64,000 nucleotides of DNA, taken from contig JAZOUV010000040.1 of the NCBI GenBank assembly GCA_045658315.1, positions 12,081 through 76,080 on the forward strand, read 5' to 3'. The notes beneath the pieces were generated by a model. That model was not told the origin of the DNA. It saw only the letters and a program-made list of their open reading frames with translations, and did no database searches. The DNA is from Eubacteriales bacterium. Lineage in GTDB: Bacteria > Bacillota > Clostridia > Oscillospirales > CAG-272. Both the position numbers and the translations under genes were made by a program. The first letter of the stretch is position 1, and each line of letters begins with the position of its first letter. Positions 56,547-64,000 of this stretch are shown here, piece by piece.

Positions 56547-56954
56547 ATGATGATGACAATTACCGAAAAGATCGCAAACCTTAAGGGCTATCTTGAAGGC
56601 GTACAGCTCGATGAAAACAAGGCTGAAACAAAGGTTATTGCAAAGATCGTTGATATTCTTGAAGATATGGCTCTTGAAATTGAAGAGATGGAAGAACAAG
56701 TTGACACACTCAACGACTATGCAGAAGAGCTCGACGAAGATCTTGGCGATGTTGAAGATTACCTCTTCGGCGATGACGAATGCGATTGCTGTGATGATGA
56801 CGAATGCGATTGCTGTGATTGTTGCGACGAAGATTTCTTTGAAGTTGAATGTCCCAAGTGCGGCGAAGTTATCTGCCTCGACGAAGACTTTGATGCAGAC
56901 GAGGTTATCTGCCCCGCATGCAACGAGACGATTCCTCTCGAAGACGAAGAATAA
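56547..56954 (+). CDS. acidic protein with Cys/Asp-rich tract and C-terminal CxxC...CxxC zinc ribbon (CD1247-N-domain-like, from memory)
   Basis: 135 aa. Helical acidic N-domain, DDECDCCDDDECDCCDCCDED tract, then ECPKCGEVICL...VICPACNE. Followed by a terminator at 56972-56999. Confidence 0.7.
   Translation: MMMTITEKIANLKGYLEGVQLDENKAETKVIAKIVDILEDMALEIEEMEEQVDTLNDYAEELDEDLGDVEDYLFGDDECDCCDDDECDCCDCCDEDFFEVECPKCGEVICLDEDFDADEVICPACNETIPLEDEE
56772..56819 (+). repeat. perfect 24-bp in-frame tandem duplication inside a CDS
   Basis: GATGACGAATGCGATTGCTGTGAT occurs at 56772-56795 and again at 56796-56819, encoding DDECDCCD twice. Confidence 0.95.
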
Positions 56955-56971
56955 AAAAGCATAATTTTTAT

Positions 56972-56999
56972 CCCCGTCAACTACGACGGGGTTTTTTTG
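56972..56999 (+). terminator. terminator after the efp / Cys-Asp-rich gene pair
   Basis: CCCCGTC...GACGGGG stem followed by TTTTTTT. Confidence 0.75.
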
Positions 57000-57151
57000 T
57001 AGAAATTTTCACAAAAACTTTTTTCGTCATAATCCCATATTTTTACAGACATTTTTTTACACTATTCTCCGTTGACAAAAGTGGCAAAAAGTATTATAAT
57101 TTCCATATGGACGTTTAAATCGGAACAACAAAAACGAAAGCAGGTAATATT

Positions 57152-58330
57152 ATGGCAACAAGAAAAAAACAAAACAATCAAACCAAGATCATAGCCGTTA
57201 TTTTAGCAATACTTGCACTGGTCGCAGTTATAGTAGCAATAACAAGCTTAAATAAAGGCAAAGACGTCCCCACCATTTCGGAAGGAAACGAAAGCACTGC
57301 ACAAAAAACAACTGAAACAGATACTCCCGAATCCTCCGATGCTCCCGAAACGGAAAAGGAAACTTTGCCGGCCGAAACAGATCCCCCTGCTCCTCCGAAA
57401 TTTTACAATCCCCTGACCGGTCTTGAATGTTCTGAAGAAATCAGCAAACAGCGTCCCGTCGGCATTATGATAAACAACATTCAACAGGCACTTCCGCAGG
57501 AAGGTATTACATACGGCGACGTTATTTACGAATGTCTTGCCGAGGGCGGAATCACAAGACTGTTTATGCTTATACAGGATTACGCCAACGTTCCGAAGGC
57601 AGGCTCTATACGTTCAACAAGAGACTATTATCTCGATTTTGCTCAAAACCACAATGCACTGTTCTTCCATGCAGGCGGCTCCGATAAGGCGTATTCAGAA
57701 ATTGCATCACGCAAAATAGATAACTTTGACGGCGTAAGAATGAATATCCCAAACACATTCTACAGAGACCAGTGGAGATTGAACAATATGGCGTATGAGC
57801 ACACCATGGTTATAACCGGCGAAGGTATGGTTAATGCAATAAAATACAGAAATATTGATTCGACTCTCAAAGAAGGATTTGAAAATCCTTTCAACTTTGC
57901 TGATGAAAAGATTACACTTGAAGGTGACGATGCAAATTGCGTATATCTTCCCTTCTCCTACTACCAAGCTCCTTATTTGAAGTATGACGCCTCGACAGAC
58001 ACCTATAAGCGTTGGCAATATAACAAGCCACATGCAGATAAAGACGGCAATCAGCTTGAATTTGCAAATATTCTCGTTCTCTTCTGCCACCATACGGGAG
58101 CTTTGGACACTAAGGGCAGAATTGAAGTTACAACCACCGGTCACGGCGACGGTTACTATATAAACGGCGGAAAATATGTTGAAATTAAATACAGCAAGGA
58201 AAACGTGGACGCTCCTATCGTTCTTACAAATACAGACGGCACTCCGCTTGAAATGAATAGGGGTAAAACATATATAGCCATTTTCAACACCGCAAATAAA
58301 GCAAATATAAATATGAACTACAATAAGTAA
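57152..58330 (+). CDS. DUF3048 (YerB-like) secreted/anchored protein
   Basis: N-terminal anchor, T/E/P-rich linker, then NPLTGLECSEEISKQRPVGIMINN...YECLAEGGITRLFMLIQDY, typical of DUF3048. Confidence 0.75.
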   Translation: MATRKKQNNQTKIIAVILAILALVAVIVAITSLNKGKDVPTISEGNESTAQKTTETDTPESSDAPETEKETLPAETDPPAPPKFYNPLTGLECSEEISKQRPVGIMINNIQQALPQEGITYGDVIYECLAEGGITRLFMLIQDYANVPKAGSIRSTRDYYLDFAQNHNALFFHAGGSDKAYSEIASRKIDNFDGVRMNIPNTFYRDQWRLNNMAYEHTMVITGEGMVNAIKYRNIDSTLKEGFENPFNFADEKITLEGDDANCVYLPFSYYQAPYLKYDASTDTYKRWQYNKPHADKDGNQLEFANILVLFCHHTGALDTKGRIEVTTTGHGDGYYINGGKYVEIKYSKENVDAPIVLTNTDGTPLEMNRGKTYIAIFNTANKANINMNYNK

Positions 58331-58385
58331 TCTGTACAAAAAATTCAGTACAAATTATTATAAGTCCTCTCCAAATGACGAGAAG

Positions 58386-58457
58386 AAAAAACACCTCCTT
58401 TTGTTACTCTTACGGCTGGCTAGACCGTTTTTATTGTAACATAGGAGGTGTTTTTTC
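58386..58457 (+). terminator. long imperfect hairpin with T-run after the DUF3048 gene
   Basis: ACACCTCCT (58391-99) pairs with AGGAGGTGT (58443-51). Inner TGTTAC/GTAACA pairing. TTTTTT tail. Confidence 0.45.
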
Positions 58458-58479
58458 TCAACGGCAAAAGCCTCTACAA

Positions 58480-58524
58480 AATCAATAAGAAAACGGAGAC
58501 CACTTCGTTACTAAGTGTCTCCGT
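58480..58524 (-). terminator. terminator after aspS
   Basis: ACGGAGAC/GTCTCCGT stem (58493-500/58517-24). The minus strand continues TTTTCTTATT. Confidence 0.6.
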
Positions 58525-58548
58525 TCAACAACCTGTATTATATAAATT

Positions 58549-60339
58549 TTATTCTTCTGTGTCTACTTTTATCCTGAGTTCCTCAAGAGCTTTCGATTCG
58601 GGGTAGTTGGGACATTCGGTCATAAGCTCGGTTGCGTTCTGCACTTTCGGGAATGCAATAACATTTCTTATATCGTCAAGACCGAGAAGCAATGTGCAAA
58701 GTCTGTCAAAGCCAAACGCCAAGCCGCCGTGAGGGGGTGTGCCGTACTTAAACGCTTCAAGCAAGAATCCAAACTTTTCTTCTGCCTCTTCCTTCGTCAG
58801 TCCGAGTACATCAAACATCTTCCACTGAATCTCGGGGTTATGGATTCTTATAGAGCCGCCGCCCGCTTCCATACCGTTAATAACCATATCGTAAGCCTTC
58901 GCTCTAACCTTCGATGGATCTGTATCCATAAGCGGCAAGTCTTCGTCCATAGGTGACGTAAAGGGGTGATGCTTCGCGTAGTATCTTTCCTCTTCCTCGT
59001 CATATTCAAACAACGGGAACTCTGTTACCCAGAGAAGCTTGAAGTCCATAGGATCGCAAAGTCCCATACGCTTCGCAACTTCGCAACGGAGTGCACCGAG
59101 ACTGTCAAATACAACGTTATCCTTATCTGCAACGATAAACACAAGGTCGCCCTTCTCAAAGCCGAGAGCATTATAAACAGCGTTATTCTCTTCCTCTGTC
59201 AAGAACTTAGCATAAGAAGATGAAATCTCTCCGTCAACATTCTTAGCCCATGCAAGACCTTTTGCACGGTAAGTCTTTACAAACTCACCGAGAGCATCTA
59301 TCTCCTTACGGCTGAACCTTGCTGCTCCGCCCTTAACATTAATTCCACGAACACTTCCGCCCGCTTCAATTGCACCCTTAAACACTCTAAATTCGCAGTT
59401 CCTTACAACGTCGGAAAGATTCTTAAGTTCAAAACCGAAACGAAGGTCAGGCTTATCAGAACCAAATCTGTCCATAGCCTCCGCATAAGTCATTCTCTGA
59501 ATGGGTGTTTCTATATCCTTACCGAGAAATTCTTTAAACACTCTCTTGAGGAAGCCTTCGTTTATAGCCATAACATCGTCTTCCGTTACAAAAGACATCT
59601 CAAGGTCTATCTGTGTAAATTCAGGCTGTCTGTCGGCTCTGAGGTCCTCATCTCTATAGCAACGTGCCAACTGAACATATCTGTCAAAGCCCGAAAGCAT
59701 TAATATCTGCTTATAAAGCTGAGGTGACTGTGGGAGAGCATAAAACTTACCGGGATGTACACGGCTGGGAACAAGATAGTCTCTTGCACCCTCGGGAGTA
59801 GGCTTGATAAGGTTAGGTGTCTCGATCTCAATAAAACCGTTCTCTGCATAATAATCGCGTACAATCTTTGCTATCTTGCTTCTCATCAAAATATTATTCA
59901 TCATATCGGGACGGCGAAGGTCGAGGTAACGGTGCTTAAGTCTGAGTTCAGTCTTAACATTACTGTTTTCAACAATTTCAAAAGGAGGAGTCTGCGAAGC
60001 GGAAAGAATCTTCAATTCGTTTACGTAAATTTCAATCTCGCCTGTCGCTCTGTCTTTATTTATAGCCCCCTCTTCTCTCGCTCTTACAATGCCTTTAGCA
60101 CAAAGCACATACTCGGAACGAACAGCAAATGCCTTCTCAAAAGCCTCTTTGTTTGCATCGCTGTCAAAAGCAAGCTGAACTATACCCGTTCTGTCGCGGA
60201 GGTCAATAAATATAAGCTTACCGAGGTCTCTCTGCTTTTGAGCCCAGCCCATAACGCAAACTTCTTGTCCAACGTCTGCCTTTGTAAATTCACCGCAATA
60301 TTTTGTTCTTTTATCTGTCTTACCAAGCATTTCTGCCAT
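58549..60339 (-). CDS. aspS: aspartyl-tRNA synthetase
   Basis: Start trimmed to ATG 60339 (MAEMLGKT). FIDLRDRTGIVQ, QSPQLYKQILM, CYRDEDLRADRQPEFTQID, GGGSIRIH, GLAFGFDRL. Confidence 0.95.
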   Translation of the reverse strand: MAEMLGKTDKRTKYCGEFTKADVGQEVCVMGWAQKQRDLGKLIFIDLRDRTGIVQLAFDSDANKEAFEKAFAVRSEYVLCAKGIVRAREEGAINKDRATGEIEIYVNELKILSASQTPPFEIVENSNVKTELRLKHRYLDLRRPDMMNNILMRSKIAKIVRDYYAENGFIEIETPNLIKPTPEGARDYLVPSRVHPGKFYALPQSPQLYKQILMLSGFDRYVQLARCYRDEDLRADRQPEFTQIDLEMSFVTEDDVMAINEGFLKRVFKEFLGKDIETPIQRMTYAEAMDRFGSDKPDLRFGFELKNLSDVVRNCEFRVFKGAIEAGGSVRGINVKGGAARFSRKEIDALGEFVKTYRAKGLAWAKNVDGEISSSYAKFLTEEENNAVYNALGFEKGDLVFIVADKDNVVFDSLGALRCEVAKRMGLCDPMDFKLLWVTEFPLFEYDEEEERYYAKHHPFTSPMDEDLPLMDTDPSKVRAKAYDMVINGMEAGGGSIRIHNPEIQWKMFDVLGLTKEEAEEKFGFLLEAFKYGTPPHGGLAFGFDRLCTLLLGLDDIRNVIAFPKVQNATELMTECPNYPESKALEELRIKVDTEE

Positions 60340-60368
60340 ATATATCATCTCTCTTTCTTATTGTCTGA

Positions 60369-61631
60369 TTATTCAGCCGAAAGCATTGCCTTGAGTGCTC
60401 CTATATCGTCGAGCATTATCTCAGTCTGCTGACTGTTGTCCATATTTTTAAGCTGAGCCTTGTTGTTTTCAAGCTCGGAGTCCCCTATGATCAGCGTATA
60501 TTTTGCTCTTTTTTTATCGGCATATTTCATCTGTGCTTTAAGGGATCTGCCTACAAGGTCCGTTTCGGCATATATTCCTTCATTACGGAGCTTCGCAACA
60601 ACGCCCATAGCGTATTTAGCCGCCCCCTTGCCCATACTTGCTATATAAAGTGCAGGTCTGTTCTCACTCTCAATATTAACACCCGACTTTTCCATTGCAA
60701 GTATAAGTCTTGTTATACCTGCAGCAAAACCTATGCCCGAAAGTGCGGGACCGCCAAGGTCTTTTATAAGTCCGTCGTATCTGCCGCCACCGAGTATAGT
60801 GCTCTGTGCTCCAATATCCGTTGCAATAAATTCATATACTGTTCTTGTATAATAATCAAGACCTCTTACGATATGGGGGTCAATCTCGTATTCAATACCC
60901 ATTTCCTGCAAATAAGCCTCAAGCTCGTCCATGTGCTGCTTACATTCGGGACAAAGATGGTCAACCGTCTTGGGTGCATTCTTTGCTATTTCAGAGCATA
61001 TGGGACTCTTGCAATCGAGTATACGCAACGGATTGGTTTCAAGTCTGCCCTTGCAGGTATCGCACAATTCTGCCGAATTTGCCTCAAAATATTCCTTCAA
61101 TGCCTGTCTGTAGGCAGGACGGCATTCGGGACAGCCTATCGAGTTAATATGGAGCTTTGTATTCTTTATACCAATCTCTTTTATAAGCGAATGTGCAACC
61201 GCTATTATTTCCGCATCCGCCGCCGCATCCGCCGCACCGAATAACTCAACGCCAAACTGAAAAAACTCACGGCTTCTGCCTGCCTGCGGCTTCTCATATC
61301 TGAAGCAGTTTATCAGATAGTAAAGCTTCAAAGGCATTGTATCTGAACACATACCGTTTTCAATCAATGATCTTGCAACTGATGCAGTCCCCTCGGGACG
61401 AAGCGTTAAGCTTCTGCCCTCTCTGTCGGTAAATGTGTACATCTCTTTTTGAACAACGTCAGTCGAATCGCCCACACCTCTGTGGAACAACTCAGTCGAC
61501 TCGAAGCTGGGAAAACGTATCTCGGAAAAGCCGAACCTTGCCGCAACCTCTCTTGCTTTTGATTCAATAAACTGCCAAACAGCTACATCCTTGGGCAGTA
61601 TATCCATCGTACCTCTCGGTTTCTGTATCAT
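60369..61631 (-). CDS. hisS: histidyl-tRNA synthetase
   Basis: MIQKPRGTMDILP, CFRYEKPQAGRSREFFQFGVE, GGGRYDGL. 29 nt upstream of aspS. Confidence 0.95.
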   Translation of the reverse strand: MIQKPRGTMDILPKDVAVWQFIESKAREVAARFGFSEIRFPSFESTELFHRGVGDSTDVVQKEMYTFTDREGRSLTLRPEGTASVARSLIENGMCSDTMPLKLYYLINCFRYEKPQAGRSREFFQFGVELFGAADAAADAEIIAVAHSLIKEIGIKNTKLHINSIGCPECRPAYRQALKEYFEANSAELCDTCKGRLETNPLRILDCKSPICSEIAKNAPKTVDHLCPECKQHMDELEAYLQEMGIEYEIDPHIVRGLDYYTRTVYEFIATDIGAQSTILGGGRYDGLIKDLGGPALSGIGFAAGITRLILAMEKSGVNIESENRPALYIASMGKGAAKYAMGVVAKLRNEGIYAETDLVGRSLKAQMKYADKKRAKYTLIIGDSELENNKAQLKNMDNSQQTEIMLDDIGALKAMLSAE

Positions 61632-61680
61632 ATCTCTGTATCTCCGTGTATTCGTATTATGTTAAGAAATATATTTTATT

Positions 61681-61742
61681 AAAAGCCTCGCCCTTTGGGA
61701 AAAGTAGTATGTCGGCGTGCAAGGCGTGACGGAGAGGCTTTT
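61681..61742 (-). terminator. large-loop hairpin flanked by A- and T-runs between the upstream hypothetical gene and hisS
   Basis: AAAAGCCTC (61681-89) pairs with GAGGCTTTT (61734-42). It could terminate the upstream gene or attenuate hisS. Confidence 0.4.
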
Positions 61743-61849
61743 ATGAAAGAATTAACTTCCTCTCAGTCGCACCTTCAGCCCACTAAAAGAGAGCCTTCTA
61801 AAGTGTCAATTTTTAGTTAAAACAAAGTAATATATACCGGCATCCTTAA

Positions 61850-62959
61850 TTATCTTACTTCGTCAAGGAATATTCCTTTGTAACCGTGTTCGCAAACCCA
61901 ACGGCATGGCTCAAGTACTCTATCTTCAAAGTCTGCCTCGTAAAGTATGCAATCTGCGTAAAAATATTCTTCGTGCATCATAAGCTCAATAAAGCCGGAA
62001 CGTGTCTTTTGCGTGTTCATAAGATTAAGCAAGTCGATGCACTCCTCGGCAGTATGAAGGTTAAGCACTCTGTCGATCTTGCAGTAAAGTATGTCAAGCT
62101 CTGTATCATACCAGAAATCTCTCTGAGAAAGATAGTCCGTAAGATCTTTTGGATAAAAGTATGAAACAATGGGACATCCACCCTCAAGCACAAAATATCC
62201 CGCAAGATTATTTATTCCGAGATCTCTTACTGCCTTTGTTCCCTCGTAAGTAACAGCACCCCAGTGAACAGTAGTTTCATTGGAAAGTGTTTCTTTGCCG
62301 GCAAAGCGGATTATTTCTTCCTGTATCTTTTTGCAATCGCAGTAGATCGTATCATAATCCGTATCAACATAAGGCATGTCGGGCTGGTCAGACTTTGCGT
62401 GAAAGTTAAGCTTCAGCCAGTCGGAGTTTGCCTGCCATTCGGACTTAAACTTGTCTGTCATCATAGACAAATTAAAGTACTCTCTTGTTTCAGTAAAATA
62501 TTTGTGTTCAGCAGGCATCTCATAGTAAATGTTAAGGTGAACGCAAGCACCGTATAGGTCGTGAGCCTTCTTATAAACCGCAAGATAAGGATTGTCGAAA
62601 ATGGAGTTATATTTATCCTTATTCTTGTTTATATCATAAAGGAAAATGATGTTATCGTCGCTGGAAAGTCGATAGTAACCGATATGCTTTTTCAAAGTAA
62701 ATACGGCAATCTCGTCCTTTGCGTTTGCACCCTCGGCAATAAGTACAGTCTTTCCGCTGTCAATGCAGATCTCAGCAGTATAAAATCCGTTCTTTTTTAC
62801 AGCCGGAGTACCGTTTATTTTTACAGGTGTGTCCGACTCAACCTTTGCTTCAACATATAATTTGCCGTCACGGATCTCGCCGTCATATTCGTTTAACACA
62901 TCGCCGTCTATGGGAAACACAAAATGCGTTTCCTTCTTCCAGTCAATATATTTTCTCAT
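61850..62959 (-). CDS. hypothetical 369-aa protein (possible NodB/deacetylase-like barrel behind an N-terminal beta domain; weak)
   Basis: Long ORF with coding-like composition. LSSDDNIIFL and LNFHAKSD loosely recall polysaccharide-deacetylase motifs. No confident family. Confidence 0.5.
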   Translation of the reverse strand: MRKYIDWKKETHFVFPIDGDVLNEYDGEIRDGKLYVEAKVESDTPVKINGTPAVKKNGFYTAEICIDSGKTVLIAEGANAKDEIAVFTLKKHIGYYRLSSDDNIIFLYDINKNKDKYNSIFDNPYLAVYKKAHDLYGACVHLNIYYEMPAEHKYFTETREYFNLSMMTDKFKSEWQANSDWLKLNFHAKSDQPDMPYVDTDYDTIYCDCKKIQEEIIRFAGKETLSNETTVHWGAVTYEGTKAVRDLGINNLAGYFVLEGGCPIVSYFYPKDLTDYLSQRDFWYDTELDILYCKIDRVLNLHTAEECIDLLNLMNTQKTRSGFIELMMHEEYFYADCILYEADFEDRVLEPCRWVCEHGYKGIFLDEVR

Positions 62960-63106
62960 TTGCCTCGACCTCTTTTGTTTGAATTATTTCCGAAAATTCA
63001 CATTCGTGCCTTTCATTATACTATATATCATAATATTTTTCAATAAGTTTTAGCAAAAATATCAAGCTTACGCAATTTGTACTAACTCCGTGTTTTGCAT
63101 TACGTT

Positions 63107-64000
63107 TTACATAGCAAGAAAAACATTGTAAATAACATCTGCAATAATCTCTTCCGGCTTGATAGCCCTTCCGGTGTCCGCACTTCTGAACAGAATATCA
63201 TTGTCATTATCTATATCGAAACAGATAGTGCAGTTCCATTCTTCGTCATCGGTTATATCGTAGTGTAACCGCCAACAAAGTGCCGGGCACAGAGCTTCAT
63301 AGGGTATGACATTCAGATATTCTCCGGGAAAAGTCTCCATAAATATCTTCAATCCTTCGCCCGATTTGCCATAAAGGTCAGAGCGTTTGCAGGTAAAGCG
63401 AACTGCGTGTCGCACACTTGTTCCCAAATGGGCGGGGGTTATAATACATTTTCTGTTATCTGAAATTTCAAGACCAAATAAAAGGAGACCGGACAAAACC
63501 AATGTAAAATACAAGGTATCAGTGTAAATATTCTCTCCTATTTCATCGAGCTGAGACATATCTGTTTCTATTCTATATCCCGACTTATTGGCGATATTAA
63601 TCATATTTTTAAGAAAGAACCCATAAATCCGTGCAAGAGAGCCCAACACTCTTTTTTCGGTGTCAAAAAGAGCAAGTGCAACATAGCTTTCAATTGCCCC
63701 GAAATAATATGAACGAAGCTTTTCGACCGTACCGTACTTGTCTCTGTTATTGTTCTCGGATGAAGAAAGAAGTTCCAATACACTGCACAGGGTTTTTGCA
63801 AAATCTTTTTTGACTCTTGAAGAATAATCTCCGAAAAGCAAATCATATTCGAGAATAGAAGGAAATATCACTACTGCACTTGAATTATACTCAAAGCAAA
63901 GTGCCGTCCTGTAGTTTTCCTCCAATAGACAGGAAATGAACTCAATTCCCCCGTTTTCCTTGGGAAAGTCAGTTCCTTTTTTGTCTATAAAATAGCTTGA
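63107..64000 (-). CDS. hypothetical protein, partial (N-terminus beyond the window end)
   Basis: The track lists a TTG at 63925, but my translation shows the frame stays open to 64000 (SSYFIDKKGTDFPKENGGIEFISCLL-EENYRT...). No family recognised. Confidence 0.5.
   Translation of the reverse strand, partial: SSYFIDKKGTDFPKENGGIEFISCLLEENYRTALCFEYNSSAVVIFPSILEYDLLFGDYSSRVKKDFAKTLCSVLELLSSSENNNRDKYGTVEKLRSYYFGAIESYVALALFDTEKRVLGSLARIYGFFLKNMINIANKSGYRIETDMSQLDEIGENIYTDTLYFTLVLSGLLLFGLEISDNRKCIITPAHLGTSVRHAVRFTCKRSDLYGKSGEGLKIFMETFPGEYLNVIPYEALCPALCWRLHYDITDDEEWNCTICFDIDNDNDILFRSADTGRAIKPEEIIADVIYNVFLAM

Overview
This 64-kb window comes from a low-GC, endospore-forming Firmicute. It looks Clostridia-like, which I infer from spoIIGA/sigE/spoIIR/sleB and the gene order. 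It is densely coding and mostly housekeeping.

Gene content, in order along the window:
- RodA-like SEDS protein, proS, and a DegT-type aminotransferase.
- The sigma-E activation trio spoIIGA-sigE-spoIIR.
- RNase J, secG and RNase R.
- A tightly packed plus-strand string: holA, Toprim protein, GtrA, punA, rnhA, mnmA.
- glyA.
- A complete minus-strand dcw cluster running mraZ, rsmH, ftsL, PBP, murE, murF, mraY, ftsW, murG, ftsQ, ftsZ. It lacks murD and ftsA.
- coaD, rsmD, uvrC and ptsH.
- rimM-trmD.
- An nrdD-nrdG-nrdR operon with tandem NrdR boxes.
- tadA, pepP-efp and the hisS-aspS operon.

I called 66 CDS. I recognised no rRNA, tRNA, CRISPR array, transposase or integrase.

Items that stand out:
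1. A toxin-antitoxin-like pair (61-aa ORF plus a zeta-toxin-type P-loop kinase) inserted after mnmA.
2. Two unrelated-looking small proteins with extreme Cys/Asp-rich tracts. One is membrane-anchored and sits beside a DtxR/MntR-type regulator. The other lies downstream of efp and carries a perfect 24-bp in-frame tandem duplication.
3. A 0.9-kb gene-free island of nested inverted and tandem repeats upstream of rimM. Related short motifs recur in other intergenic regions.
4. A translationally coupled membrane module (Wzy-like protein plus two DUF4330-like paralogs) in the position where rplS would be expected.
5. A near-consensus promoter followed by an AGTG direct-repeat array upstream of mraZ.

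All family assignments come from motif recognition by eye. No searches were run.
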